Position numbers and translations under genes: made by a program
DNA from: Aplysia californica
Taxonomy: Eukaryota
Length of the DNA: 64,000 bases
Assembly: GCF_000002075.1 (NCBI RefSeq)
Contig: NW_004797730.1
Coordinates: 187,902-251,901, forward strand
Direction of reading: 5' to 3'
The notes under the pieces: model-generated
What the model was told of the DNA's origin: nothing
The model's input: the letters and a program-made list of their open reading frames with translations, nothing else
The model's database searches: none
Part shown: one piece after another, positions 21,619-32,317 of the stretch
How positions within the stretch are numbered: position 1 is the stretch's first letter
Layout: every line of letters begins with the position of its first letter

Positions 21619-22092
21619 CGTCGTCTTGTCCTGTATTTTTTCCCTCTGTCTGCCTCTGCCTCTGCCTCTGCCTCTGCCTCTCTTTCCAATCTTTGTTTAT
21701 TGAAGTGTTATGATCCATAATGTTCTAGGGAAAGAATACAGCAGTGGTTTTCCCTTGCCTTCTGCTAGATTTGTGTACGGTTTACTCCACTAGCCTTTGT
21801 CCAAAAGGACTAACCCACAAGGCAGTGGCGGCAGGTGGCAGGTTTCGGCGCCTACCTCTCGCCTGACAGTCTCTTTACTGAGCACATGAGGTATTTTATA
21901 GAGACAGGATTGCCACCACCCTGTTCCACCTCGCACTCCAAGACAACAGACACACAGACATAATATCATAAGGTATCAAAAGAAGTAAAGCCCAATTTGC
22001 AACTACCTTCCCCCCCTCCTTTTATTCCCCTTGAATGTCTTGCAAGTTTCGTTGAGTGAGACTGAGATGCACTTTGGGGAAGACAATAAAAT

Positions 22093-22530
22093 TGTGAGGC
22101 AGCGTGGTGGAATCAGGCTCTCGTCAAAATAATCAAAGTGAAGAAACTTGCATTTTTTCGCAGGTTTGTGAATTTTTATCAAAGTTTTGATTTTTGGCTC
22201 AACACCTTTCATGCCCATTAAAGAACTCATTTCTGTGTCGATTTTTTTGCAAAACGTTGATTTAAGGCACAACATAATGTAAATTTTCAGTTACCACGAA
22301 CTCTTAAGCTAAGGAAATAGCTAATCTTTGGTGGCCATTTTCTCACTAATTTTACTTCTGAAAACAGGTGACCCCCACCTCCTTCATTCGAAAATATCTC
22401 AGCGTGTATTCAAGATAAATGGATATTGTTTTCATCCAAATAAAGATAAGTGAACAAGCTTTAAGATGATACCAATAACTCCACATGCCCAAAAATTGAC
22501 GAGAGCCTGATTCCACCACGCTGCCTCACA
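22093..22530. mobile_element. MITE family A
   Basis: Perfect TIRs, 438 bp. Confidence 0.93.
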
Positions 22531-23873
22531 ACTATTGAAAAAGCGAAAACATGTTCAAGAGTAAAAGTACAATAATGTAGTGCAGAGCCCTGATGAAAGC
22601 TCCAGTGTCACTGTAGTATGTTAACACCTTCACCGAACAGATTACTTCCGGAAACGAAGGTTTCTTTCTTTTGACCAGCATCAATAAAACGTATTTCCAA
22701 ATACAAATTTCAATACAGTTCTAGGTCATTTTAATTATAGAGGAACCACATTTTCTATGGTAAGCCCTGCTCCGGGCTCTTATTCGCCCTCTCTACAAGA
22801 AGCCTTTATAGCAGAAGGGTCCTGCCACTTTCTCAGAACGTTCAGTTTATCGCGGAAAAAAAGCTCTCCAGGGTGGGTATTGTCGTCAGCAATTTTTTGC
22901 CCCCAGTGCAAAGAGCAAAGAGAAGTATCGAGTACGCATTAAAATAAAACGAATTTCAAATACACAGATTGTTCAGTTGCTCAGGATAAAATGGAAAACG
23001 GGAGCAACAAGTATTGCCAGAACGTGGCTGTTAGACTTCATACACTTCAAAAGCCAATGTCTACTCAGCTCAAATCGATGACAATATCATGTTACCGATT
23101 TACGTATTTGCAGAAATAAAAAGTGTTGTAATGATGATGTATAGGCCAAAAGCTTTTGAAATCAGGAAAATCATTTTGAAATACGCTCTCTTTGGGTTTT
23201 TTAAAATATTTTCACTTTTTCCTAGATTGAATCCTGGCTCCAAAAAAATAGAAATTAGAGAAGTGTTTAGTTTTAGTAGAGGTTTTACGGCGCTCGCAAC
23301 TGCATAAGGTCATATGAGCGCCAGAAGATTAGAGGTGTTACAAGAGAGTAACAAACATAAAAAAGAAGGAGGGGAGATAAGGACGATATATTTTTTTATA
23401 GGAAAGAAGAAGCAAACCACACCAGAGCACCCGCCAACCACCCACTAGAGAAGTGGCCAAACGGAAAAGTAATAGGCCTGGAGAAGAAATATGCCATTCT
23501 TTTATGCCAAGGAGATTATACTAGTTGTTATAGCGTATGTGAAGCAACACAGCAGATGGGTAATGCTTGGATAACTGACTACATGTATACATGTATTATT
23601 TAGCCCTAACGAAAAAGCTTCAGTATGTCACAGTATGTGAGCCAGAGGCCAAACCTGTACAGGTAGCACTAGCTCCTATTTGGTTGGGTTTTTAAAAAAA
23701 GGAAAACGTTCTGGTACTTGTGCTGTAGATAATATGTACGTCAATGAGCGCATGTAAGACAAACTATTAGTTCAGAGCCGAATAAATAGGCCTATTTTGC
23801 TATCCAGACTAGACATCTTGGCTGCTTCTAAAAGATCAAGATCAAATAGTTCACCATGGTATGCTTCTGCCTT

Positions 23874-25105
23874 GGGGGCTCCTCTGGTCTAGAGGTCCGG
23901 TGTTCACCTCTCTTTCAACAGGACCGGGGTTCGAAACCTGACAACGACGGAAAAGTTTCTTCTTTAAAAAGAGATCATTTCACCTTTCCTGCTCTACCGT
24001 CTGTTTTTTTCTCTCCACTTTCTGTCCCCCCCCCCCCCCCGTTTGGCCCCCTCCTCTGGGCTCCTGACTCTTTCTGCTGCCTTTCTACTGCTACTCCTTG
24101 GCTCCCTCCTACTGCTATTTTTCAGTCACACCCCTTATGAGGAGGTGGAGGTGGTAAGTTCTTAAAAGTACCTGTATCTTGAAATAACAATTGATAACAA
24201 GCTTGACTGGCATCTCCACGCTGCCCTTGTGCATAAAAGGTAAATCAAAGAATGATTCTTTTTTTTATGGAAATTAAGAAGTCTTCGTGTCGATAATAAG
24301 ATTAAGACCCTTTTATACCATCCAACGATTGAAAGCGTGCTATTATTTTGTATTTGCTGCTGGGCAGGGAATTGTGGGGTGAAAGATAAAGAAAACTTCG
24401 ATAGAACCATTACGAAAGATCCCTGGATATGATTTTACTAGAATTGATGAAATGTAGAACACCACATGTATAAAAAAAGATAAAAGTATTATAAACGACC
24501 TATCACACCCTTTTTCCACGCAAATTGTAAGAGCACGCAGCGGCAGATATGTTCCTCTGAAACAAAGAACGTTTTTTACCATCTAGCATAGGGCTATTGT
24601 CAGAATAAGCATCAATGTGAAGAATATTGCTCTTTCGAGTATGAATCTCTATAACTCCTAAGGTCTTGTATTTAAATTCCTGCATGTGGTTGAATGATGC
24701 ATCTGGTGTGATATGTGCATTTTGTCAGCTTTACTTCTCTTTTCATATTGAATTTTAATGAGAGTAATATATAATTTAATTATTTAAAAGAATACCTGCT
24801 TGTGTTTTTACGGTCCTCTACAGCCAAAAATAATTTCCGTCTGGGACAATAAAGTATTACACGTATCTTATCTTATCTTGGGATAGGTAAATTCTAACAT
24901 CTTGCCTCTCAGGCTCTTGTTGGAGATCCTGAGAGCCAGTTGTGCAAGTTAAAGTTTCCTTGGTGGTCCTAAATTCGATAGGAGTAGGCTTCGGCTGCCA
25001 CCGGGGCAAAATTCAAAATTAATTCCGACCAAACTGCACTAAATGCTTTGAGTGTTCCCCGCGCTCATGTGACCTCATTATGCAGTTTGGAGCGTCGTAA
25101 AACAC
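23874..25105 (+). mobile_element. tRNA-derived SINE split by a nested Rex1-like LINE 3' fragment (~24160-24880)
   Basis: SINE head and body at 23874-24137 resume at ~24885-25105. The insert translates to KYL...IDNKLDWHLH...LFLWKLRSLRVD...IESVLLFCICCWAGN and ends in AATAAA + (ATCTT)n. Confidence 0.78.
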
Positions 25106-27389
25106 TTAGATTTGTTTTAGTAGATGTTTTACGGCGCTCGCAACTGCATGAGGTTTATACAGTTGCGAGCGCCGTAAAACAAGGTCATATGAGCGCCAAG
25201 GGGTGGATGTCAACAGAGGAGTCGTTACAGAGAATCAGACTTACTCTGCTCACCTCTCCAGCTTCAACAGCACAAAGTCCGCTTCGACTATCACTATATC
25301 AAGGCACCCTGGAAACAGCGGGCTACAATAGTGTGACAAACATACAAAAGAAGTAGAGGAAAATGACAATAGTAAGTATTAGGAAAGAAAAAGCAGCAGC
25401 TCCCTGGTGCAGGTCAGGCACAGTTATGAGCGTGACATTGTTGGATCAGCCCATTTACAATTCCAATTCTACTGATAACGCCCCCTCCCCTTTTGGGAAT
25501 GGCCCTAACGACACTATAGTCANNNNNNNNNNNNNNNNNNNNNNNNNNNNNNNNNNNNNNNNNNNNNNNNNNNNNNNNNNNNNNNNNNNNNNNNNNNNNN
25601 NNNNNNNNNNNNNNNNNNNNNNGGGGTTACTTAGTTGTGCAATAAAGCTGAACAAACGCATTACACTGTAACGAAACAGTATATTATTAAAGTGGGTGAT
25701 TTCCCATAAAAAGTTCATTTCTTCAATAACACAGCCTACCCTAGCTCTACTAGCAGATCTTAAAATGAAGTATGCAACACCGGAAATTACGACAGGCAAT
25801 ACAAACGTTCGAATAAACAACAGCATTGGCTTTTCCATTGCACTGTCTGCCTTACATAATTAATTTTCCTGTGTTACATTTTAACCTGCAATGCAAATGG
25901 AAAATGGCTGAAAGTGATGACGAAGTGCACGGTGCACAAATACATTATGGCTGAAAAAGGAAAAGGGTTTGACTTTCGCTCAGAAGTACAGAAATCTGTG
26001 GGTCTTATATGAATTTTGGTCATGAGAAGCTCTTCGACAACTTAAAAGGCATTCTATGGATGTGGTCTGATCGCATTGTCACCATGTTTACCCTGCATCA
26101 ATAGAGTATTCCTTTTTGTACCCTCTGTTGATGTTTATGTTGTACTGTCTTGGTGCGTGGCTGTGTATGAGGCTGATCCTGAAAACCCATGACGTTTATC
26201 AGAGAAGAAGAGTTTTCAGCAAAGAGTAGACTACATCTCTTCCACATCGAGTGTCTGTGCACTTTGCTGCTTTGTATGTAGTAAAGTTTAGTTCGTGGAT
26301 CACGGTAAGTTCAGTGAAGCCACATTTAACCTAAACAAGATAAGACAGCAGACATTGAAAAGCGATTGAACTGAATAACCTCAGCAGAGTTCATCGTCTA
26401 CTCAAACACTCTCATGCACGACTTTAACCGCAACAATTGCCTAGGAATCAGAAAGATGGACTCAAGTCCAGTTAAAAATGACATATATTATATACTGAAA
26501 CCTTATCCCCCCCCCCCTTTCACACTTTTTTATGAGCAAGATTTTACAACTAGAGATAGGCAAAATGGCGATCGGTGAATGATCGTGACAAAATTGAGTG
26601 GGTCATCTTGCCTGTATCTTGCTTCCAATTACTGTTTACAGTAGTGCGCTTTAAGAAATTGAGTTTACAAATTGCTGTCCTTAATCTGGAATATGAATGC
26701 ATTAGGTAAGCGAACCAATAAATGATAGCTATCTATTAAATGCGGATGTTAAAATCGGGCATCGAATCGGATTTCAGCGTTCTGCCGATGGGGATTCATG
26801 GAATCACCCCGACCCATAGGCCTTCATTTTCAACACATCAGCGCTCCCCTTGTATCTAGATCTAATTGATTACAATGTAGAATCTACACGTGTTATCAAG
26901 TCAGCTTTATGGCCATTTTTTGGTGACACATTATCTTTATTTTGAAAAATTAGATGTCTATTATTACTGTAAAGAATAGTCCTAAAAATAACGGGTTTTT
27001 TGAGTCAGCTGTCCCTGAAAATGGCGTTTTTCATGTTGCAGCTCGATGTCCACAAAACTATAATATTATTCTAGTTAAAATATTCCCAGGTCCTTTGAAT
27101 ATCACCCCGTCGCAAAAAATCTGGTATCGAAATGCAGAGAAAGAAAATGCCTATTAATCTCACGTTTAAATATATGTAAACATTTAGTATTGAGTACGGT
27201 ACCAATTACAACTTCATGAGCTTCTAGAATTTGCCTGCACATGGCTGAAATTATAAAAGTACACAGATACAGTGGCCTTTTCTAAGATTTAAAAAAAAAC
27301 CCAACTACTTGCATTTTCTCTTTACAGATCGGGGAAGAAAGCTGGGAAAAGGACAGTGACTAGTGTTACTCTATATTCAAGTGTCCACG

Positions 27390-28733
27390 ATGGAAACTTC
27401 TGAAAAGAGTGCACATGGATTGCCCCACACAGAAAATGTTGTGTGGGCGCCTCCCGCATACGATGAACAGCACCACTTGTTTTTTTCTCACGGAACCGTC
27501 TTGATTGGTATCGTCGGGTCGTTGATCATTACTGTGGCAGTGGTAGGAAATATTCTTGTGTGCTTGGCAATTTTCACAGAGCCTATTCTCTCCCACAGCA
27601 AAAGCAACTTTTTTATCGTGTCCCTGGCAGTTGCCGACTTACTGCTCGCTCTCCTGGTCATGACGTTTGCTTTAGTCAACGACCTGTACGGTTACTGGTT
27701 GTTTGGAGAAACCGTCTGCTTCATCTGGATGTCTGCAGACGTCATGTGCGAAACAGCGTCCATCTTCAGTATCTGTGTCATTAGTTACGATCGCCTGAAG
27801 CAAGTGCAGAAGCCCCTACTTTACGAGGAATTTATGACTGCCACTCGGGCTCTTTCGATTATTGCTTCATTGTGGATTTGTTCATTTGTCGTGTCTTTTG
27901 TACCAATATTTCTGGAATGGCATGAGCTCTCGGTGGAAGAAATCAAAGCCATTTTCAAGGGTCGCAATCCATACAAAGACACGGTCAAGGAAAATGTCAC
28001 CAATGTACATAAGCCTAATTTTTCTTCTGTACTCAAACAAACTTTGAGAACTGAACAAAAAGTGACCACAAAACCCGAGTGTCTTTTTGACGTGCATTTC
28101 ACCTACTCCGTCGTCTATTCCTTCATTTGTTTCTACATACCGTGCACCTTAATGCTGACAAATTACTTACGCCTCTTTTTAATTGCCCGAAAACATCGGC
28201 ACCGGATCAAGAGCCTCGAGAAGACCAGCCTTCCACAGCCCGGCGATGAAGGGCCACGCTCCCACCGTAAACGCTCATCACAAGGCAGTAAAGCAGCCCG
28301 GACTCTCACGATCATCACAGGAACTTTCATGGCGTGCTGGTTGCCTTTCTTTATCATCAACCCAATTGCCGCAGTAGATGAACACCTCATCCCACTGGAA
28401 TGTTTCATGGTGACCATTTGGCTCGGTTATTTTAATTCTTGCATCAATCCCATTATCTATGGGACGTCCAACTCCAAATTCCGAGCAGCTTTCAAACGAC
28501 TTCTGCGCTGTCGTTCTGTAAGGGAAAACGTTGGAAACGTCACCCGCAATAGTTCGGTGTACAGGGCGTTCTCATGGATACGACCCAGCCTCATAGAGGA
28601 AGGCTTAACACAAGGCCAATGCTGTAGCAGTAGTCGTCGCGCCTTTGACAAAGGACAAGATCAAACCAGCGTTGGGGTTGATTACGTCATAGATGATTTC
28701 CCAGCACCCCAGGCCATCATCGCAGAACTTTGA
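27390..28733 (+). CDS. Aminergic GPCR copy 4 (447 aa, intronless CDS)
   Basis: Intact ORF. The ATG at 27390 is homologous to the starts of the other copies (the ORF-track start at 27363 is a GTG). All 7TM motifs present. Confidence 0.95.
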   Translation: METSEKSAHGLPHTENVVWAPPAYDEQHHLFFSHGTVLIGIVGSLIITVAVVGNILVCLAIFTEPILSHSKSNFFIVSLAVADLLLALLVMTFALVNDLYGYWLFGETVCFIWMSADVMCETASIFSICVISYDRLKQVQKPLLYEEFMTATRALSIIASLWICSFVVSFVPIFLEWHELSVEEIKAIFKGRNPYKDTVKENVTNVHKPNFSSVLKQTLRTEQKVTTKPECLFDVHFTYSVVYSFICFYIPCTLMLTNYLRLFLIARKHRHRIKSLEKTSLPQPGDEGPRSHRKRSSQGSKAARTLTIITGTFMACWLPFFIINPIAAVDEHLIPLECFMVTIWLGYFNSCINPIIYGTSNSKFRAAFKRLLRCRSVRENVGNVTRNSSVYRAFSWIRPSLIEEGLTQGQCCSSSRRAFDKGQDQTSVGVDYVIDDFPAPQAIIAEL

Positions 28734-30141
28734 AGCCGCATCAGCACCATGACGTTGGAAAGCAATGACGTTCTCTTCGGTTATTTCCCATTTCAGAAAA
28801 TTGTATCGTCGAAAGCGTAGATATGAAAAAAAACCCATTGTAGAGCAGAGAAAAGAATGACGGCATTGGAATACATTATGTAGTTCCTTCTCATACAACA
28901 AATCCCTTAATTTAAGCGAACATGGGTTCGTAAATGTTGACGAAATACATGTATCAGCCAGATGTGAAGAATCGTAACGGTCAGGTGCAATAGATCAGGC
29001 GTTTTTTTGATGACATGCGTTTTTTTAGACATGTCGATTAATGACATGATGTATTGGCCAAAGTTGTTTGAAAAACAGAATTCTCATAAGTTCTTTTCAA
29101 ACATTCCTCGCGTTTTGTTTCATATGGAAACTGAAAGGGGACAGCTCCCTCGATATCACGAGGTACTATAGGCCTACGTACGTGCTGAAGGCCCTAAAGA
29201 TCGAATCCACAACTTGATGTTCTTGAGTTCGGGTTGTTTGGGGAAGTTTGTCTTTTTAGGGTAGCTTTGATCTCATAACATATCAAACTCTAGCTTGTAG
29301 AACTTTTTGAGTTTGAAATAATCGCAAGCTTAATGCTATGTAGATTTAGCTCCATTTTGCCAGCTTTCTTTCTTGTGAACGTATGGCATAGATACAATGT
29401 ATCTAATATACGTGAAAACTGAACCTGAAATTGTGCAGAACACGAGCATTAATCGGAATCGTAATAACTTTGGGCTCAAACTCAAAACTCAAAGGAAAGA
29501 TTTTTCAACAGCCTTGAAAGCTGTAACAAAAATGTGAAGAGCCGGAAATTTGAGATAGTTCAAGGATATATAAATAATATATGTGTGTGTCTATTATAAT
29601 ACATATACACATGTATATAAATCATGTAAACCTCTTTTTATCAGAAGACAAAAATAAAGTCTTCCCGGTCACTTCTCTTTTATCACAGTTGCATGTGTAG
29701 TGTGTGCTCCCCAGTGGCTGTTACAGCATTCCAAGACATCTATGATGTCTATGAAATACGTCTCTTATATTTTATAACTCGTTGTTCAGGACGGTACTTT
29801 AATGCTTTTTTTGTTCATTTGCTAGTTTGTTTTATTTATATTTGAATTTAAGAGAGGGCATCAACTTGATGACGATCCTTTCAAGGAGGGCAACTTTCAA
29901 TTGACAAACGAAATAAAAAGCTTTTATCAGCACCAGCTGAGACATATGATTTTATTCATACATATCAAAACCGACATAGCTTTTCTAAAAGCAAAGTGAA
30001 CATCTTGTGGAGTGCAACCTTTGCACCAAACCAAAGATTTCAATGTTCATAGCTTTTATACTGAGAGAATCAACGTGCACAACACTAGGAAGATTTCTCT
30101 TCGTCGAGTTGATGCTTTGTTGGACCCTAACCTAGCCTCAA

Positions 30142-30326
30142 TAGCCTGTCCCCGTGATTTTATGCACCCCCCTTAATTTAGCATAATGTGATCATTTTTT
30201 TGCTTAATTTCTGATTATTTCCCGTTGTAATTTTTTGTTAAAATTAACAGAATCGCATAATTTCACATTTTTGGGCCCAGTTTGCATAATTTCAGTTTTC
30301 TTGCATAAAACAACGGGGTCAGAATA
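30142..30326. mobile_element. Small MITE-like element (~185 bp)
   Basis: Imperfect ~24-bp TIRs TAGCCTGTCCCCGTGATTTTATGCA ... TGCATAAAACAACGGGGTCAGAATA. Confidence 0.55.
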
Positions 30327-32146
30327 GCGCCTGTATAAGAATGTCAACTATTGAGCATGGCAGGGTCCTTGGCGCTCTCGACATCTTTGTCATCGCCATA
30401 AATCAAAGGGGAAACACAAAAAAAGACAGGAATAAAAAAAACAACAACAATAAAAACAACCCAAAACAGCGATACCAACTACAGGGAGAAGCTGACTATC
30501 AGAAGAGAGAGGAAACATAATCTGAACACCCCAACCACAACATTCCAGTGTCCCCACTGCAACAGACATTGCACATCCAGGATCGGATTGCACAGCAACA
30601 TGCGTGTCCACAGATGTGCTGCAGGATTTCATCGTCATCTTCGGCAACGAAGGACTACCTACAAACATACTTAAGAGGTTGTTGTTGTTGTTGTTATCGA
30701 TCCAGCAACAGCTGGGCTCTCGCCCTTCAGTCCAATGACATGTAGGGATAAGTGCAGGTTTGCTGCAGTTGCTGTAATGTTCCATAGGGTGTGTTGTCAA
30801 TGTTAGGTCTCGGAGGGAGAAGGGTATATACTTAAGACAAGATAGACAAATACAAAGAGAAGATTTTATTGATCTCCACAAAGAAAAACTTGCTGCGGCA
30901 TGGTAAATACATACACACACTCGTCAACACACACACACTGTAATACACATACACACACAAACATCCTCTCCCTCTTTCTCTCACATAAACAAACACACAA
31001 ATGCATAGATTTACATACACAGATGTACACATAATAATAGTTATTGGATAGACATACAAAATATTGATGACGATATCAACATTTTTTTATACCCGTTGAT
31101 CCTTGCTTTAAAAAAAAAATGTATTTCTAACATGTTCGATATTCCAAATACAAGGATTGTTTGGTGCCAGCTACAAAGGCCTAAATGTAAGAAACTTTCA
31201 ATTCTCCATTGACTTGATTCAGTCTGCAAATCATAAGAATGTTCATTATTTTCAGGATAGCAATAATAATAAATATAAATAACATTTGTACAGCACTGAG
31301 CACAGATTCCGGCTCACCAGCGAGCTCCATGCCCCTTAACTGATAGCATTCTGAAACAATCTCAGAAACAGGACCAACTCTATTATGGAACAGAATCATA
31401 CAGCATCTTCGTCTGTCTCACTTAAATAAAGAATATGTGAATTGATACTGTCTAACAATATTTTGGTGTTTTATTTTATAGTACACAATGTTTTTCATAC
31501 GGTCCTTGACCATCAAAGATTTATTTATAGAGGCATCAGCTATTCATGTCCAGGTGCAGTTTTAGCCTCTTTTTCCTGTCTGTGGATTAATATTCTTTTT
31601 TCCAATTTATTGGTTCCGCTTCCATGTACCCCGTATCCATGGTTTTCATACGGTATAAAAAGGAAACAATACACTCTCACAAGTGTGCAGCTTTCATAGA
31701 GATAAAAATCCCCCCCCCACCAAAACAAATTTTCCCACTGTACAACCTGTCAATGTGGAGATGAGAAAAAACACTCAACTCATACCAGCCAACAGCAACA
31801 TGTATCCGAGTACATGCAGCAGGAAGATTATTGGTGGGTGGATGGTGGGTGCTCTGTTGAGATTTGCTTTTTCTTTCCTAGCAAATATCTATTACCCTTA
31901 TTTCTCCTCCTTCTTTTCGTGCTCATTACTCTCTTATAACACCTCTAATCCTCGGAACTTATATGACCAAATTGCACTGCAAGTGCTGTAAAAAGCTTCC
32001 TAAAACAATTTCCAATATGAAAAGATACCCACCTGAAGACAACCTTAAAAATCTCAACATTTAAAACAGTTAAATAAAGTTACCAGGAGAAAATCTAATA
32101 ATCAAATTGTTATCACATATATCCAAGGCTAACATCTGTGACAGGA

Positions 32147-32317
32147 TCATTTTTTGTATTTTTCAACACCAGGTAACACATTGGTGTCATCAGGAACATG
32201 TTCAAGGATGAGACTGGAGCCATTGTAGACAAGGTTGTCAGTGTTGTCCATTACTTCTGCCACACTGCTGCTGACGGGCATCAGGCAACCCGTGTCTGCA
32301 TGAAACAGTCGTAATTT
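32147..32317 (-). CDS. ZFAND1: ZFAND1 exon 8 (end of ubiquitin-like domain, stop)
   Basis: ttttacag acceptor; KLRLFHADTG...LVYNGSSLILEHV...KK*. Confidence 0.94.
   Translation of the reverse strand, partial: KLRLFHADTGCLMPVSSSVAEVMDNTDNLVYNGSSLILEHVPDDTNVLPGVEKYKK

Noticed and set aside
22003-22275. Recurrent peptide MGMKGVEPK...FDYFDESLIPPRCLT (also 50322, 59292)
   Set aside because: Chance translation of MITE family A; no transposase motifs and the frame is broken in other copies.
2793-28733. Assigning any copy as 5-HTB2
   Set aside because: None shows the N-terminus or short ICL3 I recall for 5-HTB2; that gene probably lies outside the window or in a gap.
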